Positions 48,693 through 56,729 of a stretch of 56,729 nucleotides of DNA are shown here, in pieces (within the stretch, counting starts at the first letter, position 1; each line of letters starts with the position of its first letter). Made by a program: the position numbers and the translations under genes. The stretch is from the NCBI GenBank assembly GCA_038208905.1, contig JBBQYG010000005.1:1-56729 (forward strand). Reading direction: 5' to 3'. The notes under the pieces were generated by a model. It had not been told where the DNA came from and ran no database searches. It was given only the letters and a program-made list of their open reading frames with translations. This stretch comes from Candidatus Sumerlaeia bacterium. Its GTDB lineage: Bacteria > Sumerlaeota > Sumerlaeia > SLMS01.

Positions 48693-49595
48693 TTACCGCG
48701 CCGCCCCGCGATCAAACACGGGCTCTCCCTCGTTGAGCGCGCCGAAGAGCTGCGCCTCCTCCTCCGCGGTGAGCGGGTTGCGGAGCGCGCCGGATTCGGC
48801 GAGGCGCAGGGCGAGGCCGAAGAGTTCCCAGTGGCCGGGGGGAATCGCCGACGCCACGGGAAGGTTTAGCGTGAAGCGCAGCGCCAGCGCGGCCAGGTCG
48901 GGGTCGTCGATGGGTTCGTACCACGCCTTGGCCCAGCGGCGTTCCGCCGCGGGAAGGTCGTCGGGCCACTTGCGCCACGCCATCGCCTTCAGCGCCAGGC
49001 AACCCATGTTCTTCGCCACGGCGCGCGCATGGACGGCCTCGCCGAATTCGCTCTCGTGCCACGTCTTGGCGCTGAAGGGAAACAGCACCGTGTCGAAATC
49101 GAAGCGATCCATCGCCAGCATCGCCGCGCGGTGGGAGTGGGCCGAGAACCCGAGATAGCGAATCTTCCCCTCGCGGCGCGCCTCCACCAGAACGTCCATC
49201 ACGCTTCCCGGGGCAAAGATCGCCTCCACCTCCGCCAACTCGGTGATCGCGTGGAGCTGGAACAGGTCGAAGTGATCCGTCTGCATCAGCCTCAGCGAAT
49301 TCTCCAGCGACGCCCGCGCCTCCGGACCCGTCCGCTTCTCCGTCTTGCAGGCGAGAAAGCAATCGCTCCGATACGGGGCCAGCGCCGGACCCAGCCGCTC
49401 CTCCGCGTCGCCATACCCCGGCGCCACATCGAAGTAGTTCACTCCCCGCGCCACCGCCTCCGCCACCCACTCGCGCGCATCCCGCTCGCTCTCGTTCATC
49501 ACGATGATGCCCCCGAATCCAATGGGGGAAACCATCGCTCCCGTGCGGCCGAGGGGGCGGCGTTCGATGGAGTTGGGATTGGCGGGTGGAGGCAT
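48693..49595 (-). CDS. Aldo/keto reductase
   Basis: RRPLGRTG, GVNYFDVAPGYG.AEE.LG, LACKT, SLRLMQTDHFDLFQLH and GKIRYLGFSAH motifs. Confidence 0.92.
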   Translation of the reverse strand: MPPPANPNSIERRPLGRTGAMVSPIGFGGIIVMNESERDAREWVAEAVARGVNYFDVAPGYGDAEERLGPALAPYRSDCFLACKTEKRTGPEARASLENSLRLMQTDHFDLFQLHAITELAEVEAIFAPGSVMDVLVEARREGKIRYLGFSAHSHRAAMLAMDRFDFDTVLFPFSAKTWHESEFGEAVHARAVAKNMGCLALKAMAWRKWPDDLPAAERRWAKAWYEPIDDPDLAALALRFTLNLPVASAIPPGHWELFGLALRLAESGALRNPLTAEEEAQLFGALNEGEPVFDRGAAR

Positions 49596-49863
49596 TGATA
49601 TTCGCCCTTGGCTGGAAACTGTTGCTGCCCGAAGCGGAGCGGCGAGCATCGCCGCTGCAACCTGACGATCAATCGAGCCGCCGTCTCGCGCAATGGGAAC
49701 CGTGATGTGGCGTTTTCCTGAATGACGGGGCGCCATTCTCCACCCTGCGACTAGCCATACCCTTTCCTCCGACGCGACCGTGGGAAGGCGCCCCCCAGAT
49801 TGCGGCGGCCGACCATGAGCTGGAACCCCGAACCTCGCGAAAGGGAGTGGACGCGATTGGCCT

Positions 49864-49941
49864 GGCTGAAGCCCCGCGGCAAGCACGCCGAAGCACGCCA
49901 AGAGCCCAGAAATACCGGCCTCCCTCGGCTCCAGCCGAGGG
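49864..49941. repeat. Degenerate REP-like hairpin pair (GGCT[GC][AC]AGCC core)
   Basis: GGCTGAAGCC and CCCTCGGCTCCAGCCGAGGG in a ~560-bp non-coding gap. Confidence 0.4.
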
Positions 49942-50160
49942 CAAGTTGGTGCCCGCTGCGGCGGGCAGTGAGACGGTGGCTCAGGCTGCCACCCCTCGCC
50001 TCCCACCAAAACAACATCGCCCGGAACACCAGCGGAAATGTTCCCTGTGTCCAGCCGCGGAAGTGGTGACCAGCAGGGCGAGGATCGTTGCAGCGCCCCC
50101 GTATAGACATGCACGACAGCGCGCTCCGCCCGCGCAGAACCGCGCCATCACTGCCCGCCG

Positions 50161-50544
50161 CTACTTCGCCAGCAGATACCGCACCCCCGTGAACGCGAAG
50201 GCGAACAGCCACGCGAAAGCGAAGGTGTCCAGTCGCACCAGCGCCTCCCCACGCCTGCGGCGCAGGGCGCCGACCGTGGTCATGACCAAGCCTACCACAA
50301 GCGGCGCCACCACCAGAGTCACGATCCGCTTCTCCTCGTCGGCGATCAGCATCGAGGGCAGGATCTGGAGACTCAGCCCGCCAAGCGCCGCGCCCAGCAG
50401 CGCCCAGAAGATGGCCGCCAGAAACGCGCGGTCCAGCTTCTGTCGCCACGACTCGGGGATCAGGCGCGTTGCGATCTCCAGCACCATCTCCACGACCCCG
50501 TTGAGGAGCACTTCCGCCACAACCGAAAGAATGCCTCCTAGCAT
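50161..50544 (-). CDS. Small hypothetical membrane protein (3-4 TM)
   Basis: Hydrophobic segments; GGAG upstream; ends FAFAWLFAFAFTGVRYLLAK. Confidence 0.7.
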   Translation of the reverse strand: MLGGILSVVAEVLLNGVVEMVLEIATRLIPESWRQKLDRAFLAAIFWALLGAALGGLSLQILPSMLIADEEKRIVTLVVAPLVVGLVMTTVGALRRRRGEALVRLDTFAFAWLFAFAFTGVRYLLAK

Positions 50545-50660
50545 GATGCGGTCTCCCGTGACGAACTACGCGCCAGCCGTCAGGATATTCACGGCGAGGC
50601 CGACGGAATCGGGGTGGTGGACCTTTCTGGAGTGGCAGGGGAACCCGTGGCCATGACACT

Positions 50661-51332
50661 TCAACTATTTGCCAGCGCTTCCAGCTTCGACACCCAATCG
50701 TGGAAGAAGGGGCACTCCCGCCGCATCGCGGCGAGGCCGACGGCCTCGGCGGCTGCGGGCCCGTGGACTGTTTTGCCATATCCTGAAAAAATGCTCTCGA
50801 TTCGTTTCGATGGCGCGGTCTGGGGGCTGTCGTTGATGTCCTCGGGCGTAGCGCCACCCAATCGAATCTTCATAAAATCATCTGCGAACTCTGGCCTACG
50901 CATCCCGTTTGCCATCCGGGTGGGATCGGAGAAGAGCAGGCCTTCAAACTCGTGCATCTGAACGTAGGGGATGAAACGAAGGCAAACGGCACTCCCACGG
51001 TCGGCATCAAGCAGCTTGCCGCGCATGCCTTCTTCCACCGAGCGCTTCTTCTGCCCGGTGGAGACTGCACCGGGATCACGATAGCCCGGCATGTCGGTTT
51101 CCATGCGGAAGTAGTCGAAGAAAGTGGTGACGAACGCATGGCGATCCTCCAGCAGGAGGCGGGTAACATGGCCGCGCACCCTTTGCCAGTTCACTCTGCC
51201 ACCCTTGTGGCCGGGCGGGCCCAGCTTGGTGGCTGAAGGCATAACACCGTGTTGACTGAGAGAGTCGATCAGAATCCGTTCGACGAAGTACGCCTCGGTG
51301 GTTCCCTCGCATATGACACGCAATCGAATCAT
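50661..51332 (-). CDS. DUF4276-family (TOPRIM/RloB-like) protein
   Basis: MIRLRVICEGTTE..F, VTTFFDY, QMHEFEGLLFSD, PEDINDSPQTAPSKR and CPFFHDW motifs; TAATG overlap with the upstream ATPase. Confidence 0.85.
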   Translation of the reverse strand: MIRLRVICEGTTEAYFVERILIDSLSQHGVMPSATKLGPPGHKGGRVNWQRVRGHVTRLLLEDRHAFVTTFFDYFRMETDMPGYRDPGAVSTGQKKRSVEEGMRGKLLDADRGSAVCLRFIPYVQMHEFEGLLFSDPTRMANGMRRPEFADDFMKIRLGGATPEDINDSPQTAPSKRIESIFSGYGKTVHGPAAAEAVGLAAMRRECPFFHDWVSKLEALANS

Positions 51333-52453
51333 TAGCGAGGGCGTCCACCGATCAGGTTCATCTGCCAGACTTCGCCGAGAGAGTACTCCTCCAGCCATGC
51401 TGCCAGATCCTCGTCACTTTGCCTCACGAAGCTCGACTTGAGCGGGTCGCGTTCTACTACCGTCACGTCGCTCGGAGAGAACAAGCTCAAGAATCCGGGA
51501 GATTGAGTGGCCACGAAAACCTGGGTATGATGGGAAATGCTCCGGAGCAATCCGGCGACCAGCTCGATCGCAGAAGGGTGGAGGCCCAACTCGGGCTCAT
51601 CGATGAAGAGCGCATCCGGTAATCGATCCTCGGGCTGACAAAGAAGAGTGAGAAGAGCAAAAATCCGAAGCATGCCGTCCGATGCTGCGGACGCATCCAG
51701 GATCAAATCGGAACCGGTCTCCCGCCACTGGAGGAGAATGTACTCTCCATCCGGCGTCAGCTCGAAGTCATTGAAGAATGGCAGCAGTCGCCGACAATGG
51801 GAGACGATCTGCGCGTAGCAGTCCGGCTCCGCTTCGCGCAGACGGAGAAGGACCGGGGCTATGTTTCCCCCGTCTTCCTTAAGTTCCCACTTATCGGTGA
51901 CCAACCACTTCTGCTTGAAGCGGGACCTATCGGAGGTGTTGTGGAATTGATAGACTTGGCACCCCTTGAGCAAACTGAAGATGAACCGGATGACCTTGGC
52001 GCCCGGTTCTCTCCCTCCTCTGGATGCCTCGATCAAGCGAGACTCCCTGTGACCGGCGTCAAACTCCGTCCACGCATGGGAAGGTTTGTTCCGGGAGTTG
52101 AATCGAGCTCGCTCCTGCAGAAAAACCAAGGTATCCTTGGACGCGTAGCCGAGACGGAACTCGTATTCATTCTGGCCGTTTTCCGTCTCCACGGAGATCG
52201 CCCCCTCGATCTCCCGCGTAACCTGCGGTCCGCCGAAGAAAAACCTCCCGGCACCGCCGTGCGTTGCAACCTCTAGCTGCAATTCCCCCCGCGTCATCCA
52301 GTTCATCATCCGAAAAAAGGCGATGAAATTTGACTTCCCAGCACCATTGGCCCCGATGAGTATGTTCAGCGGGCCGGGCTCGAATTTTTCGAGCCATTGG
52401 ATGGACTTGAAGCCCTTGATGCTGATACTAGTCAGTTGGTTCCGAAACGCCAT
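51332..52453 (-). CDS. ABC/AAA_21-type ATPase (COG4637-like)
   Basis: IKGFKSI; Walker A GANGAGKSN; signature SDGMLR; Walker B IDEPELGLHP; ATQS. Confidence 0.92.
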   Translation of the reverse strand: MAFRNQLTSISIKGFKSIQWLEKFEPGPLNILIGANGAGKSNFIAFFRMMNWMTRGELQLEVATHGGAGRFFFGGPQVTREIEGAISVETENGQNEYEFRLGYASKDTLVFLQERARFNSRNKPSHAWTEFDAGHRESRLIEASRGGREPGAKVIRFIFSLLKGCQVYQFHNTSDRSRFKQKWLVTDKWELKEDGGNIAPVLLRLREAEPDCYAQIVSHCRRLLPFFNDFELTPDGEYILLQWRETGSDLILDASAASDGMLRIFALLTLLCQPEDRLPDALFIDEPELGLHPSAIELVAGLLRSISHHTQVFVATQSPGFLSLFSPSDVTVVERDPLKSSFVRQSDEDLAAWLEEYSLGEVWQMNLIGGRPR

Positions 52454-52553
52454 TTCATAGCTGCCCTTCGATTGGTCGTCCTGTGTTCCATTTCACGGAA
52501 GGAGGGCGTTGGGTGTCAGTCGAATTCCTCGTCGTGCCAACCGAGCCTCACTC

Positions 52554-55500
52554 CTACTCCCCTCCGCCCCCCAACTTCCCCGCCGCCGTTTCCTTGATCG
52601 CGCGCAGGTCCATTTTGCCGGAGCCCAGCGTGGGGATGGCGTCCACCTTGATGAAGTCGGGCCATTTGGGGATCCAGAGCGAGGGGAGGCTGAGTTCGGG
52701 GGAGGAGAGGCCATCTGCCGCGGCCTTGGCCTTGTCCTCGGGGATGGTGTAGAGGACGGCGAGGCGTTCGCCCTTCTTGTCGTCGGGGATGCCGGTCACG
52801 GCGAAGACCTGTTCGTCGATGGCGGCGAGTTTCTGGAGCGCGTCCTCGATGCGTATATGCGGGACCATCTCTCCGCCGATCTTGGAGAAGCGGGAAAGGC
52901 GGTCGGTGATATACAGGAAGCCGTCCTCGTCGCGCTTGGCGATGTCGCCGGTGCGGTACCACACGCCGTCCACCATCGCGTCGGCGGTCTTGGCGGGGTC
53001 GCCATAGTAGCCCTGCATGATGTTGCCGCCGCGGACGAGGAGCATGCCGGTCTCGCCGGGGGGCTGCATCGCGCCGGTGTCCAGGTTCACGATGCGGACG
53101 GCGACGCCGGGAACGGGATGCCCGACGGAACCGCGCTTGCTGCCGACCTGGAAGATGCCGGGTTCGCGATAGTCGAGGGTGCTCATGGCCGTCACGGGGG
53201 AGGTCTCCGTGCAGCCAAAGCCCTCGCGCGCCACGATGCCGAACTGGCGGTGGAAGGCGTCGGCGACGCCCTCGCGCAGCTTCTCCGCCCCGGTGATGAC
53301 GATGCGGATCGAGCCGAACTGTCCCGGCTCCACGCGGCGCGTATATCCAGAGAGGAACGTGGGCGTGGAGAACATCACCGTGGCGCGGAACTTGGACACC
53401 ATCGCGCCGATGGCCTTGGCGTCGAGCGGGGAGGGATAGAACACCACGCCCGCCCTTGCGATCAGCGGCACCCAGATCGTCGCCATGAACCCGAAGGAGT
53501 GGAAGAACGGCAGCACGCCCACAAAGCGGTCGTTGGGCTCGATCTCGATGATGTGCAGCGCCGCCCGCGCGTTGGACCAGATGTTCCAGTGGCTCAGCAT
53601 GACGCCCTTGGGAATGCCCGTGGAGCCGCTGCTGAAGATCAGCGTCACCAGGTCGTCCATCGTCGCGGCCTTCGTGCGGCCAAGCGAGCGCTCCAGCGCC
53701 GCGACGGGCATCAGGAGCCCCTTCAGCAGCGCGCGGATGCGGTCGCCGGAGGTGATCGTCGCGGCGATGTCCTCTGTATAGACAACGGCGATTCCATCGG
53801 GGAGCTCGACCTTGGCCTTCTCCAGGAACGCGCGCGAGGTGACGATCGTGCGGATCTTCGTGCCGTCGCAAATGCCCGCCAGGATCTGCTTGCTCGCCGT
53901 GTAGTTCAGGTTCACGGGAATGTGCCCGGCCAGCAGCGCGCCCAGGTTGATCGCCATCGGACCAATCCCCGGCGGCAGCACGATGCCGATGAACTCCTGA
54001 CCCTGCCAGTGGGGGCGCAGCTTCTCCGCCAGCGCCACCGTCGTCGCCAGCACCTTCGCGTTGGGGATCTCGCGCTCCGTCGTGTGGTCGGCATAGCGCC
54101 GGGCAAAGGGATTCGCGCGCAGCGTCGCCACGCCGATCCGGTGCAGCGGCTCCGCGTCGGCCTTGCGCTCCGCAAAGGCATCCACCAACAGCTCCTCCAC
54201 CTGCTGGCGGATCGCGTGCAGCGTCGTGTCCGGCGGAAGCGGCGCGCCAAATGCCACGTTCATCGGCAGGCGGCCCCACCTCAGAATGCCCGACCACCGC
54301 GCCCTGCCCATGCGGATGCCCCACGGCGACTCGAAGGCGCCGTCGATGGCGGCGGGGATGATCGGTTGCGTCAGGTCCTTCATCACGCGCTCCAGCCCGC
54401 GGCGGAAGGGCATCGTCACGCCGTTGCGCGTCAGTTGGCCCTCGGGGAACATGCACACCAGCTCGCCCGACTTGATCGCCTCGCTCGCCTTGCGGAGCGC
54501 CTCGATCAGCTCCCGCGGCGACTGGTCCGCCTCGATGGGGATCGAGTTTGTCGCCTTGGCGAATGGGTAGATGAACCACTTGCGATACATCATCTGGCTC
54601 ATCACGAAACGCACGGGGCGCTCGATCACCGCCGCCAGCAACAGGCCGTCCAGGAACGACTGGTGGTTCGGCGTGATCAGCGCGCCGCCGGTGGCGGGGA
54701 TGTTCTCCAGCCCGCGGACGCGCGTGCGATAGCGCGTCCTCAGAATCACCAGCACCATCAGGCGGATGGGGATCTGGGGAAACCGCCAGAAGATGATCGC
54801 CCCCGTGACCAGCATGATGATTCCCGAGGCCATGAAGACCCACGCGGTGCTGCCGGTCTTGTTTACAATCACGCCCAGGAGCACGGCGCCGGCCATCATG
54901 CCCACCGCCTCCAGCAGGTTTCCCGTGGCGATGATGCCGCCGCGATTTGCCGGGTCGGCGCGATTCACCACATAGGATTCCAGCGGCACGATGAACATGC
55001 CGGAGCACATTCCCACCAGCCCCATCGCCAGCGGCAGTCCGTATAGATAGATAGACGGCATTGCCTCGCCCGCCGCGCGCAGCGCGTCCAGCTCCGTGGT
55101 CGAGGGCGTCATCGCATAGACAATCGATCCCGCGGCGAACATCAGCACCGCGCCCAGCGGCACCAGGCCCAGCTCGATGCGGTTGCGGCTGAGGAAGGAA
55201 GTCAAGGCGCAGCCAAGGCCCATGCCCACCACGATCGGCAGCAGGGCGATGCCCGCCTGGGCCGGGCTCAGGCCCAGGATGCTGGTCGCCACGATCACCG
55301 CGCCACCCTGCAGCATCACCGCCACGCTCCACCACACCACAAGCCCCGCCACGCCCCATGTCAGGCCCGTGTCGGCCAGGATCAGGCGCAGGTTGCGGAT
55401 CGGCTCGGGAAAGGGGTTCACCGCAAGACGCGCCCCCGGCTGGCACACCGGCGTCGGGCGGATCAGGCTCGCCGTCACGCAGCCCACGCACGCCAAACCG

Positions 55501-56150
55501 ATCAGGATCAGGCCCGGTATCCAGAGCGCCTCGCGGAAAAACTCAAACAGCGCGGGCCCCGCGATCGTCCCCAGGATGATCGCCAGGAACGTGAACCCCT
55601 GCAACAGGCCGTTCCCCCACGCGATGCGCCGCTCGGGAAGGATCTCCGGCATGATGCCATACTTCGATGGACTGAACAGGGCCGATTGCGCGCCCATCAG
55701 AAACAGCACGCCCACCAGCACCCATGCGGAGTTCTCTCCAAACAGCCCCGGCCCGAAGATGAACACCGCCGTGGCCAGCGCCATGATCGCGACTTCCAGG
55801 ACCTTCGTCCACAGCGTCACGCGCGACTTCGCGAATCGATCCGCCAGCCACCCGGCCACCGTCGCCATCAGGATATAGGGGAGCGTGAAGGCCAGGTTCA
55901 CCCACATCTGATAGGCGCCCGCCCTGGCTGTCTGCGCCGCCGCCAGGCCCTCCATCCCGGCGCCCGCCGCCTCCATCGCCACGCGGGCGTGATCGCCCGC
56001 CATGGCGATCACCAGCATCACCAGCATGAACTTGAACATGTTGTCGCTCAGGGCGCCCTGAAACATCGTGGCGTTCAGGGACCAGAAACTGCGCAAATCC
56101 GCCCGCTCCGCCCGCAACCCGGGCACCGCTGTCGTCTCGCCGGAAGCCAT
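52554..56150 (-). CDS. aas: MFS (LplT-like) + acyltransferase + acyl-ACP synthetase fusion
   Basis: MFS N-terminus (FQGALSDNMFK, FSPSKYGIMPE); PlsC motifs NHQSFLD and FPEG; AMP-binding FSSGSTGIPKG, EGFGCTETSP and DRLSRFSKIGGEMV. Confidence 0.92.
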   Translation of the reverse strand: MASGETTAVPGLRAERADLRSFWSLNATMFQGALSDNMFKFMLVMLVIAMAGDHARVAMEAAGAGMEGLAAAQTARAGAYQMWVNLAFTLPYILMATVAGWLADRFAKSRVTLWTKVLEVAIMALATAVFIFGPGLFGENSAWVLVGVLFLMGAQSALFSPSKYGIMPEILPERRIAWGNGLLQGFTFLAIILGTIAGPALFEFFREALWIPGLILIGLACVGCVTASLIRPTPVCQPGARLAVNPFPEPIRNLRLILADTGLTWGVAGLVVWWSVAVMLQGGAVIVATSILGLSPAQAGIALLPIVVGMGLGCALTSFLSRNRIELGLVPLGAVLMFAAGSIVYAMTPSTTELDALRAAGEAMPSIYLYGLPLAMGLVGMCSGMFIVPLESYVVNRADPANRGGIIATGNLLEAVGMMAGAVLLGVIVNKTGSTAWVFMASGIIMLVTGAIIFWRFPQIPIRLMVLVILRTRYRTRVRGLENIPATGGALITPNHQSFLDGLLLAAVIERPVRFVMSQMMYRKWFIYPFAKATNSIPIEADQSPRELIEALRKASEAIKSGELVCMFPEGQLTRNGVTMPFRRGLERVMKDLTQPIIPAAIDGAFESPWGIRMGRARWSGILRWGRLPMNVAFGAPLPPDTTLHAIRQQVEELLVDAFAERKADAEPLHRIGVATLRANPFARRYADHTTEREIPNAKVLATTVALAEKLRPHWQGQEFIGIVLPPGIGPMAINLGALLAGHIPVNLNYTASKQILAGICDGTKIRTIVTSRAFLEKAKVELPDGIAVVYTEDIAATITSGDRIRALLKGLLMPVAALERSLGRTKAATMDDLVTLIFSSGSTGIPKGVMLSHWNIWSNARAALHIIEIEPNDRFVGVLPFFHSFGFMATIWVPLIARAGVVFYPSPLDAKAIGAMVSKFRATVMFSTPTFLSGYTRRVEPGQFGSIRIVITGAEKLREGVADAFHRQFGIVAREGFGCTETSPVTAMSTLDYREPGIFQVGSKRGSVGHPVPGVAVRIVNLDTGAMQPPGETGMLLVRGGNIMQGYYGDPAKTADAMVDGVWYRTGDIAKRDEDGFLYITDRLSRFSKIGGEMVPHIRIEDALQKLAAIDEQVFAVTGIPDDKKGERLAVLYTIPEDKAKAAADGLSSPELSLPSLWIPKWPDFIKVDAIPTLGSGKMDLRAIKETAAGKLGGGGE

Positions 56151-56274
56151 TGTTCCTCCACGCACCGCTTGGTCTCGCCTTCATCGCCGGGCCCTCATCG
56201 GACCCGCAAGCCCAGAGGCATACAGCAATCCCCGCGCCAATAATAAACAAACGATTACTAATGCCACGCACCCG

Positions 56275-56351
56275 TCCCCGCCTTTCCCGCTGTTCCCGCC
56301 GCTCCCCCCGGCGGTGTCCATTGCGTCCATTGCCTCCATCGCGTCCATTAC
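56275..56351. repeat. Adjacent family B and family A single arms
   Basis: TCCCCGCCT TTCCCGCTG TTCCCGCCG then GTCCATTGC GTCCATTGC CTCCATCGC GTCCATTAC. Confidence 0.8.
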
Positions 56352-56383
56352 GGCTTCATCCATCACGTTCAAGGAACCCCGGC

Positions 56384-56729
56384 ATGGAAATTCGCGACTT
56401 TGGCAGCACGGGCCTCCGGGTCTCGGTCCTCGGTTTTGGCGCCAGCCACATCGGGGCCGACTCGGTTTCGGAGGAGGAGGCCGGCCGCGCGCTGAACGCG
56501 GTGCTGGACCTGGGCGTGACGCTGATCGACACGGCGCGGGGCTATGGGAAGTCGGAGGAGCGCATCGGCCGCCACCTCGCTCACCGGCGCGGGGACTTTG
56601 TGCTCTCGTCGAAGTGCGGCTATGGCGTGGACGGCGTCGCCGACTGGACGCCCGAGTGCATCACGCGCGGCATCGACCGCGCCCTTGCGACGATGCAGAC
56701 CGACCGTATAGACATCATGCACTTTCACT
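56384..56729 (+). CDS. Aldo/keto reductase (partial, runs off the window)
   Basis: MEIRDFGSTGLRVSVLGFGA...GVTLIDTARGYGKSEERIG...SSKCG...QTDRIDIMHFH; absent from the ORF track because it has no stop in the window. Confidence 0.9.
   Translation, partial: MEIRDFGSTGLRVSVLGFGASHIGADSVSEEEAGRALNAVLDLGVTLIDTARGYGKSEERIGRHLAHRRGDFVLSSKCGYGVDGVADWTPECITRGIDRALATMQTDRIDIMHFH

Noticed and set aside
49600-50150. Cobalamin-riboswitch-like words (GGGAA...GGGAAGG) in the non-coding gap
   Set aside because: The conserved GCCACTG/B12-box context is missing and no plus-strand gene follows
31789-52553. Prophage or integrative element explaining Fic, the ORFans and the ATPase cassette
   Set aside because: No integrase, att-tRNA or phage structural genes; accessory genes are scattered singly among housekeeping genes

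Overview
High-GC bacterial chromosomal window from a probable diderm (lipoproteins, Aas-type fusion). The gene mix and protein tails tentatively suggest Candidatus Sumerlaeota/BRC1 or a PVC-like lineage; this cannot be verified here. About 40 CDS are supported. Housekeeping genes: serA, nfo, rnd, dinB, aroB, an aas-like fusion, an oligopeptide ABC permease pair, two aldo/keto reductases, an 8-oxoguanine-deaminase-type amidohydrolase and a MobA/MocA-like transferase. Cell-envelope and secreted genes: four GT-C-fold membrane glycosyltransferase-like genes, a ~1620-aa receptor-type Ser/Thr kinase, an S8/S53-like protease, two secreted propeller proteins and several lipoproteins. Accessory genes: an IS3 remnant, a 5'-truncated Fic gene and an ABC-ATPase + DUF4276 pair. 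No rRNA, tRNA or CRISPR array was seen. The most unusual signals are: (1) several families of short-period (7/9/10 bp) inverted-repeat elements with consistent polarity relative to genes; (2) GTAG-type REP elements, one inserted in frame in a CDS and one apparently interrupted by a ~100-bp MITE; (3) a shared short C-terminal D-aromatic-x-hydrophobic-aromatic tail on two unrelated secreted proteins (candidate sorting signal); (4) a class II aldolase with a microcompartment encapsulation-peptide-like tail, coupled to the receptor kinase; (5) proteins resembling eukaryotic SelenoN and STEAP domains. All family assignments come from motif recognition by eye, not database searches.
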